A stretch of 64,000 nt of DNA from assembly GCA_044892525.1 (NCBI GenBank), contig CM097885.1, positions 247,504,001 to 247,568,000 on the forward strand, written 5' to 3'. Made by a program: the position numbers and the translations under genes. The notes under the pieces are model-generated. The model was not told where the DNA came from and did no database searches. It saw only the letters and a program-made list of their open reading frames with translations. Shown one piece after another: positions 1 through 13,400 of this stretch. How positions within the stretch are numbered: the first letter of the stretch is position 1; the number at the start of each line of letters is the position of its first letter. This DNA comes from Schmidtea polychroa (taxonomy: Eukaryota).

Positions 1-345
1 AATTAATTTATGCTTGAAAACCAATTCAGAACTACTAAGATACTGTCTCGAATTTGAGGTCCTTCGAAACCCCCTTTGAGATGGAGGCCCTGGGGGATTG
101 GGCCTACTAGCTTTCTCTGTAATAGTGCCTAAATACTATTACCTATATATACCTATAGGTATATATTACCTATATTATCTATATTTTAAATATTTATTTA
201 ACATCCATTACTAAATAAATAGGGCACCCGACAGAACCGCGACGACGACTGTTAAAGACAAAACCACTAAAATATGCCATCACGTCACCTACCAAAATGA
301 AGTTGAGAGCCAGTAAAATTTTAATGTATATGCACTGACACTGAT

Positions 346-600
346 CTAAACGGAAAAACATCCTACTAGCTGGACTTCCTGGAGCACGGTCCGCTGGCCG
401 TTTTGGCTAGCTTTCTCAAAATCTGACAAAATACTGGCTAAATTCAACGACAGACAAAGCTTTTTAATTTTACTTAATATGCATTCGTATCCCTGTGACG
501 TCTTGGATGGTATTATAGCATAAATGACATGATATACCGAATCATTGATCAAAACATGAATAGAAAAGACTTGATAAAACAAACAAAAACTTCGCCGTTT
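346..600 (-). pseudogene. Mutator/MULE transposase fragment
   Basis: Translation FYQVFSIH..VYHVIYAIIPSKT..Y..ILSDFEKA..VQLVGCF matches the MULE domain pattern FYQLYTIH..YALLP.K..DFE.A..GC.FH; fragment only. Confidence 0.75.
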
Positions 601-3600
601 TCATATTTAATCTACACGCTTTTGTTGGTTTACCAATAAAGAAATATTTCAAAAGTAAATAAAAAAATGAAGAATTATATCAAACGTTAAGTATAAAATT
701 GTTAATATAAATAAATATAGTTAAAGCGAATTAATAATTTTTAATTTCGTTTTAAAATGGTGTTGGTAAATTCAGTAAAACAAATTGAAATTGAAATTTT
801 CATCTCATAATCTTGTCTAGAATTTTAAGAGTCTAACCAAGCCAGAATTTGTCACGAAACTTTTACTTTATTTATTAGCGAAGCGATCACTGGATATTGC
901 CAACACTCAGCAGCGAGGAGGGTTAGGAATGAAATCTTGCCTGCAGGCCTGGGCGGTTATTAAACTAAAAATTTGTCACGGTATGTTTTTCCGCTCGATA
1001 TTGGTTAAGAGAATACTTAATGTATATTTTAATAATTAATGATATGTATTAGTTTCCTAATTGACAAACGAGTGCAGAATGGACCAACATTTGAAAATGA
1101 AAAAAATTATCAGTTGAATTGAAAGTTTTAAATATTAATCTCATTTCAATATAGAATTTGGTTTTTTCTGCATATAAATACCTANNNNNNNNNNNNNNNN
1201 NNNNNNNNNNNNNNNNNNNNNNNNNNNNNNNNNNNNNNNNNNNNNNNNNNNNNNNNNNNNNNNNNNNNNNNNNNNNNNNNNNNNNNNNNNNNNNNNNNNN
1301 NNNNNNNNNNNNNNNNNNNNNNNNNNNNNNNNNNNACTTTTAAATGTAAAAAATAATTGAAAATCGAAAAAATCAAAGGTAAAAATCAAAAGAAGTTCTT
1401 AAGTTAATAGTAAAAAAAATAATTAAATTTTCAATTGTTTAATTAATTATTACTTTTATTATTTATTTAAATTATTTTTAATTATTTTAATTTGATTAAT
1501 TATTAATTAATAACTTTATTTAATTATTATTTTTACTTAATTTTTACTTACTTTTAATTTCATTAATTAACTATTTCTTTTTATTATTTAATTTAATTAA
1601 TTGCGTAATCTTATTTAATTATTTTATTTTAATAAATTTATAGATTAATAATATTACTTTTTTCATTTATTTATTTTATTTTATAATTTAATTTATCAAA
1701 TTAGATTTTTTAATTATTTTAATTATTTTATTTAATTAAGTAATTTTAATTATTTTCCTTTTTTCTTATTACTATTTTATGACTCATTATTTATATTATT
1801 ATTGAAGGGATTGATATCAGAACCTATATAGTTTTTAATGAGTGACTATTAAGATAATCTTTACCATCTTTACCCAGCTGCTGATTTCATTTAACAGATA
1901 TCCATGTTTTGACGATAACAACGACTGATTTTCAATAGCTTTTACTCTAATTCATTTATAAGTTGACCATTATTTTATCGAATTGCAAAGTATTAAAAAG
2001 CATAGTCACTGAATGTATTTTGATTATGTACTTTTAATAAAACTTTAGGTAATTCAATATAATTTTCAATACTCAAGACTACTTTTAAGAAAATGGTTTT
2101 AATAATTATAAATAAAATGTCTGAAAATAATAATTAATATATTATTATAAATTTTTATTAAATAAATAAATTTGTTTTAATTAACTGATATACTTGTATA
2201 AAAATTATTTAAATATTATTACTTATAGATTATTGCACAGATACAATTCAATTTATCTGAACAAAATTCCCACATTAGTTTAATTAACTTGATGACGACC
2301 ATAAGCCAAAACAACCAATCAACCCGCTTCCAGAAGTTTATAATTTATGTGAAGACGTGTATCTGTATGACTCATACTACAACATCAATACAAACCAGGC
2401 GCATTACACATTCAATATCAGGTGTAAATGGACCCTTCACAACCTATCATTCAATTGAATATCATCATTTCAAATTAAGGCACGTGTTTTACTTTAACAA
2501 ATCCTATAACGATATGATAAAAATATGTATTACTCATATGCTACAACAATAATAAAAATCATACACATTGTCACTACATAACAATAACTCCTCTGAACCT
2601 ATCATCCAATTAGACCACATATACTAACTTATCCACGTTTCAATACGACTCACACAGACAACCATTTATGACCCTCATTTACCTTCATATCAATAATCTT
2701 CTTATTAAAAAATATCATTATAAAGTTAAAATCTTAACGATATATGTTTGGTTTCAAGTAAATACTTTTTTATGTTAAATTTAAAGTAATATTAATTTCT
2801 AAATTAAATTTTAAGTTAATGTAATTCTTTTTATTAAAAATTAGTAATTCAATTCTTAAATTTTAATTTGAGATAAATTTAAAGTTACTTAAATTAATTT
2901 AGAGTTTAAAGTAAGTATTTTTGTTTTATTATTTCAAATAATTAATTTTAGATTGAAATTTGTTGACATTTTATGTAACTATAATTTATTTTAAAATTAA
3001 TTTAAATATTCATTTTAGAAAATCCAGCGAAGTTACGAAGAATATTATTCACATGATAAATTTATGCTAAATGTAAATTGAACGTCTAATAATATCTTAA
3101 TTATGTTTTAATGTAAATAAAATTAACTTGATTAAATAATTTTATAAATAAATATGAGATAAAATGTAATCAACTGTTAATATAATCAATTTAGTTTTAC
3201 TAAATTTGTAATTAACTTAATTTTAAAAATTAACTTTAATGAAATTTAACTTTATCTAAATTTATTTATGGTGACCGACAGATACAGAAGAACTAATTTT
3301 ATTTTAATATTATGAGGGTTGGGATCCAATCTTGAATTCTTAAGGTTTTGAATAATAAAAATAGCGATCACTTTATTAATTAAAAATGACTACAACTTTA
3401 TTACAAAATATTAATATTATGTCACAGGGTGCATGATGACGTATTACCATGTGTGAAACCCGAGGATTTTGTAACCACGCGTGCTATATGTAACCCGATG
3501 ATTATGAAATGATGTATATGATTATATAAATATTACTGATCCAATTATGATGTAATACATATAGGTGGGTATTGGCGCATTATGCTAATAGTACCCTAAT

Positions 3601-3777
3601 AAATTGGTTTTCCATAAACTAAATCCAAGAATTTCCCCAAAACAATCCTCCTGTAGTATGTATTATCATGGTCACAAAAATAATAGACAAAATGTTATTA
3701 AAACTAAAATATGAAAATAACCAAAATAATGTAATATTTTATAAGTGGTTTCGACATTATAATCAAAATAATTTGAT

Positions 3778-3860
3778 CTTACCGATGCACGACCTTATGG
3801 GAGACAGGTCGATATTCTGGACAGCGAAAAATGGTGCTAATTGAAGCTGACCCCCATCCT
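3778..3860 (+). pseudogene. short decayed mariner transposase fragment
   Basis: Reads TDARPYGRQVDILDS, similar to DLTDTRRSGRHVDILDN of the mariner at 6037-7104. Confidence 0.5.
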
Positions 3861-5110
3861 TCTAAAATTCTAACATTTTCAATATAATTTATAATTGCTA
3901 AATTTTGCAGAATTTAGTGTATTAAATGGCATACAATCACAATGCTATAAAAGTTTTTGTAATTAAAAATTAATTATTATTGTTATATTTTCAATTTTTA
4001 ACTGTTTAAAAAGACCAAAAAATTGCGATGAAATAATGTAAAATAAATTCAAATATATTCTGATCATTTCCATGTGTAATTTATAAAAAATATCCAAAAA
4101 TAAAAAGAAAAAACTTATTTCCGCAATCAAAATTATGAAATTAACTACTAATAATCTTGTATTTGTGATACTTAATCTTTTCTTAATAAACTACGATGCA
4201 TTAAAACAAAATTTGTAGGAAATAGCTAAAATATCATAAACAATTTTAATTAATAATTCAGTTTGTGATGAGTTACATTAGGAAATTCATTAATGATGTC
4301 ATTACCAATTAATTGAAGTTTCCTGCAAATATATAATCATATATATTACAAATACGTTATAATTTTTTATTATGTTAATGAAGAGATTAGATTTACAGTT
4401 CAAGAGTTAATTAAAATTAGGAAATATTATTAGAGATTTCGTAATTTTGTACAACATATAATATAAAGATAATTTGTAAATAAATTATTATTTATTCCCT
4501 GGGGCACTTAATTAATATAATCCACATCATATAGTTTATAAATGAACCTAAAAATTAGAATGTTGAAAAATTACAAATTATAATACAAATTTCAGACATG
4601 TTATTTATAATATAATGTCACTGCACGTTTGACGCTTATTTTATGTATTAAAATTAGATTTAAATGTTTTCACAATTACAAATATCTAAAAAATTGAAAA
4701 TTATATAAATATACAAAAATGTTTTCTTTTCCTTTTTGCTAGAGTTTATCTCAATGTTCAAGACTTCCAATGCTGTGTAAAATTCAAAAGCCAGCATGTT
4801 TAATTTTTTAAGGAATATTCAGATAAAATAGTGTAATATAAATTCTCAGTATATTGACATCTTCAACAATATTTCAAAAATATTTCAATTAAAATCTTAG
4901 CCAGTGGTATAGTAACTAAGACGAACATTGTAACTAATAAAATAAAAAAATTATTAATTATAGAATTGTGATCGTGATTTGGTTGCAATACTAACTGGAA
5001 AATGTAAATAAATTAAATTTGATTTTTTTTTGATAAGAGTTTTAATGTTGAGCTTCATCATCTTCATATTCCTAAAAGCGCGCGTATTTGTAGTTTCTCA
5101 TTATTTAAAC

Positions 5111-5527
5111 CAGTGTTGTCCAAACATTTTTGGGCCACGGAACACTTGGCTGAATTAAAAATTTTCGCGGCACACCTAAATTTTTTTTTGCTTATTATGC
5201 AATTTTTTATTGCACTTTTACTAATCTTTTAATAAGAAATGAAAAACTTATAAACTAAAAAATATTATTATTTAATATTTAAGATTCTAAATAAACATAA
5301 TTAAGCTGCTTACGTATTTTAGATATTCAATATTTCTAGTAAGAAATATAAATATGATTGTAAACAAATAAATTTCGCACTTAATTGGCTGATTAACATT
5401 TAAATTTGAAATAACTGTTAAAATATCCACAATTCAATTTCCTTTTATTTAGTTGTTTGGAAAAACAGGGTTTTTTGACTTTTTTTTAAAAAAATTTCAC
5501 GGCACCCGCACAGTTTGGACAACACTG
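5111..5527. mobile_element. hAT-type MITE (417 bp)
   Basis: 15-bp perfect TIR CAGTGTTGTCCAAAC / GTTTGGACAACACTG; perfect 8-bp TSD ATTTAAAC at 5103-5110 and 5528-5535. Confidence 0.9.
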
Positions 5528-6036
5528 ATTTAAACAAAACTTATTTTTTCTCTTAGTAAATTTTTAATATAAATATTTAATACAAGTATATAAATTTTTA
5601 ATATTATTTTAGGTAAATATAAAAACTTCTATAAAGTGGAGGCACTACAAGTGGCAACATTCAAAAAAACAACATCCAACGATTAACACTGAAAATAAAT
5701 CACTGAAATCTCCAGTCGGATTTGTTGTTAATTTTGATGTAAAATTTGTGGATTTTTCAGGAGGCTTTAAAATAATTTTTTATACAAATAATGAATTCTA
5801 ATAATATTAATTCAAGTAAATAAAAATTCAAATACAGTAATTTAAAATTTTATATTTTCTGCAATTTAGATTTAAAATTTTTTTTAATCAATTTTAACCA
5901 ATGAATAAGTAGAAACTGAATATAAAAAAGAATACCAGCAAGCTCCTGAAAATTAGATCATTGCTAATTACTAGGAAATGGTTAGAGATAGTTATTAACA
6001 GAATGAAACTAAATATTTATCTTTTAAAAATCGTAT

Positions 6037-7104
6037 TTAGTCAGTAAAGTATTTTTTATTCAGTAATATCCTCTTATTCCATTTCTCGGCCAATTGCATA
6101 ATCCGGCGCTCATAGAACCACTCTGGTTTCTGGTTGAAGAAGTGATCCAGGTGACAAATCAACTCTTTCACGGAACAAAATATTTTACGACCTAAGCTAT
6201 TTTGAAGTGATCTAAATAGGTGGTAATCGGACGGTGCAAGGTCGGGAGAGTATGGTGGATTGATCAAAGCATCAAAATTGAGTTGCGAAAACTTGCTTCA
6301 GGCGGCCAAAGATACGTGTGGCTTTGCATTGTCTTGCTGGATAACAATACTCTTTCTGTTGGCTAATGCATATCGCTTCTATTCGATGGCTAGCTTCAGT
6401 TCATTTAGTTGGTAGCAGTATTATGGTGTTGTTTACAGATAAAAACTTATACAAAATTATTCCCTTTCTGTCCCACCGAATGCATAACATTACCTTATGG
6501 TGCAAACTTGCTTTGATATCAGTTAAAGGAGATTCCCTTGCCATAGACCAAAGGTTTTGGGCTTAGAATTAGTATACCAAATCCATTTTTCGTCTCCTGT
6601 NNNNNNNNNNNNNNNNNNNNNNNNNNNNNNNNNNNNNNNNNNNNNNNNNNNNNNNNNNNNNNNNNNNNNNNNNNNNNNNNNNNNNNNNNNNNNNNNNNNN
6701 NNNNNNNNNNNNNNNNNNNNNNNNNNNNNNNNNNNNNNCTTGTTGACCATACGAAGTTTGCACAATCGTCTGGAAACTGTAGAATGATTTTTTCCACTAA
6801 TTCCACTCATTTCGTGATTTGTTTTGTGTCGGTCAGCTTCGATTAGCACCATTATTTTGTTGTCCAGAATATCGACATGTCTCCCAGAACGTCGTGTATC
6901 GGTAAGATCAAAATCCTTTTGATTAAAATGTTGAAACCACTTACGACATGTGGAATCATCAACAGCATCATCGTCATCCGCATTGCCATACATTTCATTT
7001 TTTTCTGGGCAGCCCTTTTCCCTTCCAGGAAGATGAACTTCATAAGGTGACGTTTCAATATTTAATTTGTTTGTAATTTTTGAAAAACACGACCTTTTAG
7101 TCAA
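6037..7104 (-). pseudogene. mariner transposase, disrupted and spanning a gap
   Basis: CRKWFQHF..DLTD..RSGR helix-turn-helix region, TGDEKWIWY (first catalytic Asp) and YSPDLAPSDYHLF mariner signature, split over several frames. Confidence 0.9.
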
Positions 7105-7231
7105 TTAATAATTAAAACTGATTTCGATAAACAACAGCAAAAGTTATCACACATTATTATATATTGAATGCAATTAGCAAATTCATACTAAAACAGGACG
7201 AATTGATGCACCAATCTAATAATAAAAAAGT

Positions 7232-7487
7232 CAGTGGCGTAACTAGTGGACGCAGGACCCTGCGTTGCGGTGGCCCACCAGCTATAGGGTGCCCAAAATT
7301 ATTACCGAAAAAATATTTACAATCATTTTCTGAAACTTTTTTCCCGCAGTTATATTTGCCTACAAACATAAAACTATCATTGAATAGCGGCTGCTGTGAA
7401 TAACTATGTATTAAACTTTAACCGAAAAGTTTAAGTGGAAATATTTTACATTGCGCGGGGGGCCCAAATTTTGAAGTTTCGCCACTG
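7232..7487. mobile_element. hAT-like MITE (256 bp)
   Basis: TIR CAGTGGCGTAACT / AGTTTCGCCACTG; imperfect 8-bp flanks AAAAAAGT / AAAAAATA. Confidence 0.65.
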
Positions 7488-8548
7488 AAAAAATAATAAT
7501 ATTAAATTATGAAAAGCCTTATATTACATAAAATAAAGCGTTTTATATTAATATTTTCATATTGCATTAAATTATATACTTTATCTAATTAAAACAAAAT
7601 ACTATTTCCATTTAAATAAACAAATCGTTATTTTTAATAGTTGTTTGTTGAAAATAAATCACATTCTTTCTTTTATTGTTTGAAAATTAATTAAATTTTT
7701 CAAATAAAATTTCTTTGAGGTCATAATGAGTTAATGCAACATCAAAAATATAAATCTTAAAAGCTATTTAAGCTTTCATTGTTCAATCTCTAATGAAAAT
7801 CATCTAATTTATAATTTTAAATAATTGCATCGTGATTTTAATATTCAATTAATTTATTTTAACAAAAAGAATAAAAGAAAGTTCATAATTAAAAACAAAA
7901 AAAAATGTTAGCTGTAATTGAACTGCAATTATTTTCTGATTTCTGTTGTTTATTTAATAAGATAGTGTTGATTTATTTTGTTTAAATCTATTATTTATTA
8001 TTATTAACTTTATCATGTGAAAGATTTTGTTTTAATTCAGAAAATATTTACCTTAGAAAAATTATCTTGAAAGAACGCTAGTTTTGTACGCAAATTTGAC
8101 TTTGGTAGTTTTGCTTATAAATTACTTTATAGTTATATTTCACATCGGTAGCACTTTAAACCAATTTGTCTTTAGTGATGCCAAATTGGAACATTTTTTT
8201 CCGCCACAGATTTTTACAGATATTTACATCCATTTTAATTTCATCTTAATTTAATTATACTTGAAAACATTCCCAAATTGCTCACTTTAAAATCCTAAAG
8301 TTTCTGACTTAATTAAGTCATTTATTATTTTTATCCCATTAAAATGTGTCTGATGTTAAAGCTTTCCAATCACTTTTATGATGTAATTATTTTGGAATAT
8401 TTATATTATATTATGTCCACCTTCGCAATTAATAAATGGATATCTTATGTTTGATGAATTAATCTTGATTATTTAGGTCCTCAAATTATATCAATGTTTA
8501 TTATTTAACCCCATAATATATAATGATAGATGTTTTGTTGGCGCGTGC

Positions 8549-8752
8549 ATACACACACACACACATAACTATTTTTTCAAATTTCTTCACTGATTTATTT
8601 TCCATTGACATTGTATTTATTAAAAAGCTTGACTATGAATCAGTAAATATATCAAAAACATCGATATATATATATATATATATATTAAGCGTTATAATAA
8701 ATAAAATATATCTATAGATAGATATATAGATAGATAGATAGATAGATAGATG
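8549..8752. repeat. (CA)n, (TA)n and (TAGA)n microsatellites
   Basis: Seen directly. Confidence 0.8.
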
Positions 8753-9665
8753 ATATATTTAAAATCTTCATATTGTTTTGTAATTTTGATTCCTTATATT
8801 ATTTTCAATAACAACAGTTCATTTTACATACAATTCTACACGAATATAGAACATATAGTTATTTCAAAGGCATCTAAAATAAATATTTTAAGTGCATAAT
8901 ATGCATTGAACTCCAGAATTTTCATTGAAAAGCGTAAAAATATTTTCAAAATCATTTTTAATCAAAAAAAAATTAATAATAAACCGAAAATAATGAAATA
9001 AATATTACATATATAAATATCCTTGTTTATCCTTGTTTTTATTAATCTCGAAAATCTCAACAAATTTTATTAATTTATTTTCAAAAAAATTTCAAAATTA
9101 CATAATATCATTTTCTCATATTTTATGAATAAAAAAGAAATAATTTATTTATATTTTCTAAGTATTAGTAGAGAATTTTAGAATGAGTTTTAGACATTTT
9201 ATTAATTGATTATCTAGTCTTGCATGAGATTATGAATCAATGTTTCATAAAAAAACAAATTGAAAAATCATGTGAAATTCAAACTTTTGAAATTTTCCTA
9301 TATAAAATTACAAATCCAGCACATTTGAAAACATTTCCACTCGTTGGAATTAGACATTTTTTTGAAATAAAATTAAAATATTGTCAGTAAATATTAATAA
9401 TTTATTATTTATTATTTTATTCATAAACATAATTAAATAATTTTAGTATTTTTAAATATATGAAATTATGAAAATGGCTTTGAATATTTTTACAGTAAAT
9501 AAATTATTTCTTGTTCATCTTTTATCCGGTTTTTGATGATATTTCGTTTATTTTTCCATTATTTTCATGTTAGCAATAGAACAATTATAAAAAAAATGAG
9601 TCACCAATAAAATCTGTATTACGACTGTTGAGTATAGCTTGAAGGCTTGCATATATTATTTATGC

Positions 9666-10471
9666 CAGGGGTGTCCAACCTTTTAGCTTCCCTGGGCCAC
9701 ATTAGACATAAGATGAGTTGTTTTGGGCCACACAAAATAAATTCACTTACACTAATAATGGTTGATGAGAAAATAAAACTTATGTTATATAGTTAACATA
9801 TTTATGTATTTTATATATTTATTAATTTCTTATTCCAAAAGTAAAAGACAAAACCAAATTCAGAAATTAGTGAGACACTCGACTTTGTTTTTGATATACT
9901 AATGCGTCAATATTTGCTTCGATGGAAGTAGTTGCGATTCTTAGTGATTGCTCAAGATGCTCATCAGATAGTTTCGTTCTATTTTTATTCTTTGTGTACT
10001 TCATCCATGAAAATAACTGCTCACAAATGTAGGTGCTTCCAAATAGCGATGACATAAATAGGGCATGGTTGTGAAGTGAGAGATATTTTTCTTTGGGAAA
10101 TAAACCTTATAAAAGTCGAGTAAAGAGACTTGATGAAATTTTTCTTTAAGTTGAATGTCATATTGTAACTCTATGCATTCTATTTGAAAATTGGCTGGTA
10201 ATAATTTAATTTCGGCTGAAAAAGGAGTCGCAAATATACCAAAAAGTAGATTAAACGCAACAGCACTAACAGAATGATTAGAGATTATTTGAGAATTATT
10301 TTATGAATTATTATAAATTAATAGCTTCATTAAGTTGAAGTTTTATTTTTAGTGTTATTAATGGTATTTCCAGCCGAAATCACTCATAATTTGTGGAAGT
10401 TTACGATTTGTCATTGTGCCGCATTCATAGCAGTCTTGGTCCTCATGCGGGCCGCGGGTTGGACAAGCCTG
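9666..10471 (-). mobile_element. internally deleted hAT (SPIN/GTF2IRD2-like) element retaining the transposase C-terminal dimerisation segment
   Basis: TIR CAGGGGTGTCCAACC / GGTTGGACAAGCCTG; TSD ATTTATGC / ATTTATAC (7 of 8); ORF 9867-10055 LFGSTYICEQLFS.MK..K...R..L.DEHL is the hAT dimerisation motif. Confidence 0.88.
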
Positions 10472-13400
10472 ATTTATACAATACACTTATTAAATAAATA
10501 TTTTGGTAGTATAAATAATAATAAATATTAACGTTAATTATAAAAAAAATATTTTAACATTTTTAATTTTGGGAATTTATTCAAATTATGTAATTGATTA
10601 AGGACTTTTTCCCAGAGAATATTTGCTGGAAATAACCCATTGAAATGAAATAATATCGAAATATATCTTTATTCGTAATTCAGTAAATAATACTAGATTT
10701 TCCAATTTGCAGGATTTAAAAATTTAAAACTGTCCTTTAACCTTTTAGTTTCTATTTTTATAAAAGAAAATCCAATATAAACATTTTTATAAATCAATTT
10801 TTATTTTTAAATCTATATTAAATATGGAATTTTCATTATAGAACATTTATTCTATTTTTATAAAAACTTACAATTATCTGCAACTATAATGTAGTGTAAT
10901 ATTTTATTAAAACTATTATTTTTAAATAAATAACTTGTTATAATCATGATGATATGAAAATGTTTAAATACAACTTTTTATTTACGATTTTTAATAAAAT
11001 AAATTTTTCATAAATTAAAAGAAAGAAAATTCCATAATATTTCAAACAAAAATTTACTATTTTTAACCATAAAAAATTTATTAGAATTAAAATATATCTC
11101 AAATCTGTAAGAAATACGAATTCGACGTTTTTCCACTGATTTATTTTCCCCATTAATTTCTAAGAAACAGCAATGAAATTAATAATTATTTTATTTGACA
11201 CATTGTTCGGGATTTGTCAGAATTTGATATGATAAGACAGTTTAGTGAATATAAAATGTCATTCTTTGACACCTGTTAGAAATGGACTGACGTTAGAAAT
11301 AATAATAATACTTTGATAAGTGAAAAGNNNNNNNNNNNNNNNNNNNNNNNNNNNNNNNNNNNNNNNNNNNNNNNNNNNNNNNNNNNNNNNNNNNNNNNNN
11401 NNNNNNNNNNNNNNNNNNNNNNNNNNNNNNNNNNNNNNNNNNNNNNNNNNNNNNNNNNNNNNNNNNNNNNNNNNNNNNNNNNNNNNNNNNNNNNNNNNNN
11501 NNNNNNNNNNNNNNNNNNNNNNNNNNNNNNNNNNNNNNNNNNNNNNNNNNNNNNNNNNNNNNNNNNNNNNNNNNNNNNNNNNNNNNNNNNNNNNNNNNNN
11601 NNNNNNNNNNNNNNNNNNNNNNNNNNNNNNNNNNNNNNNNNNNNNNNNNNNNNNNNNNNNNNNNNNNNNNNNNNNNNNNNNNNNNNNNNNNNNNNNNGAG
11701 AGACAATGTTTAGCGACGACATAAAATTTCTGACAAATTTCATTGTTGAAATTCGATTTATAAATAAATTGACAATCTAATTTAGGGAGATTAGTATTTT
11801 CGTTAAATTCTCAATCAGTCTCTGCGCGTTAGGGCAATGGGAACCCAACTGATCGTCAGAAATCTGAATAATCTGAAAGAAAATCGTCATTTAGACAATT
11901 TTCACCATTTCGACTGGGCTGTTTCATGAGCAATAATTGGATAATTGGCAGTAATCTTCGGACTTAATGATGAAATTATGAAAACGTCTCAAGCTAAGAG
12001 CAATTGTTGGTTAAATCTCAGTTTTATTTGATGATAGGAAAAGAATTACGATTTCTTCCCGATAGGCTTATAAATAACACTTCAATAATACGCCCAGCAA
12101 TTGTTGTTCTATTTCAATTATTTTGTTTTTGCCTGTTTTTATTAATGAATGAACAAATATATTTTAANNNNNNNNNNNNNNNNNNNNNNNNNNNNNNNNN
12201 NNNNNNNNNNNNNNNNNNNNNNNNNNNNNNNNNNNNNNNNNNNNNNNNNNNNNNNNNNNNNNNNNNNNNNNNNNNNNNNNNNNNNNNNNNNNNNNNNNNN
12301 NNNNNNNNNNNNNNNNNNTCAAAAATGATAATTAACAAAAAATAATTATTTTTTTAAATTTTATTTATATTAATTAGTTTGAGAGATAAAACAAATTAAT
12401 TTTTGATACTATATATATTTTAAGTTCAATTATAACAGTTTTAAATTTTTACGTTTTTAAAAAACTTTTAAACTGTCAACCAATATAAAACAAACATAAA
12501 ACAAAATATCAATCGATAATCTAAAAAAAAATTAAACTAAAAAAGTTGAAAAAAAATCAATGTTGATAAAAATAAAGTATAAAACTCAAAGAATTCCAGG
12601 TCCAAATCTAATAGTGTTGTCGTAACTGGAAAAACTTCCACAGCTGAAATTTAAGTTAATTATATATTTTCATTTATATCTTAATTAAATTATTTATTAA
12701 ATTATTAATTTAATTATCAATAAAATTCTTTGAAATATTTTCCAGATAGTTTATCCACTTCTCCCATCGAATTAATGAATAATTAACAACATTTCGAACA
12801 GTTGTTTGATATTTTAACATGTTCTGCATGAAAAAAAGATATATTTTGTAAAAAATATTCTTACCTAATCGAATGGATTTGTTTTATGGTTTCCTTTATC
12901 CCGGTGCATCAAAATGCTAAAATACGGTAAATAGCGTTGAAATATTTATGCATTTAAATGCTTACATGACATTTGGATCGGTTGAGATTTTTTTTATTAA
13001 ATGTTTTCATGACATTTTGTTTTACAGAAGTGCTAAATTTTTAATTTGTATTAATGATTTCAGTCTTTCAGATTTTTTCTGGGTTTTTATTTTGATTAAT
13101 TTTATTTTAATTAAGAAAAAATTATTGATTCATTTTTCCTGTTAAATTGAAAAGTAGAAATCGAAAAATTATAATTTTTGTTTTATTATATTTTACTGAT
13201 AAATATTAAGTAATTAATATAATATTATATTTATTGATGAAATATATCTATAATACAGAATATATATATATATATATCAAATATATAATTATAATTAATT
13301 AATTAAAGTTGCATTTATATCTACAACAACCGCTTTGATGATATTATTATTATTATTTTTGGAAAGTTGTCGAATTCGAAATTTTTATTTTTGAGCATGA

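Noticed and set aside
1380-3300. Extremely AT-rich tracts (also 25600-25880 and 57400-58300)
   Set aside because: Low-complexity background with no defined periodicity or boundaries.
3420-3676. 257-bp TGTCAC...GTCACA segment suggesting a solo LTR
   Set aside because: The terminal inverted match is imperfect and no TSD was found.
11090-12960. Exon-like minus-strand stretches with plausible splice sites
   Set aside because: Broken by gaps; no recognisable domain or consistent frame could be assembled.
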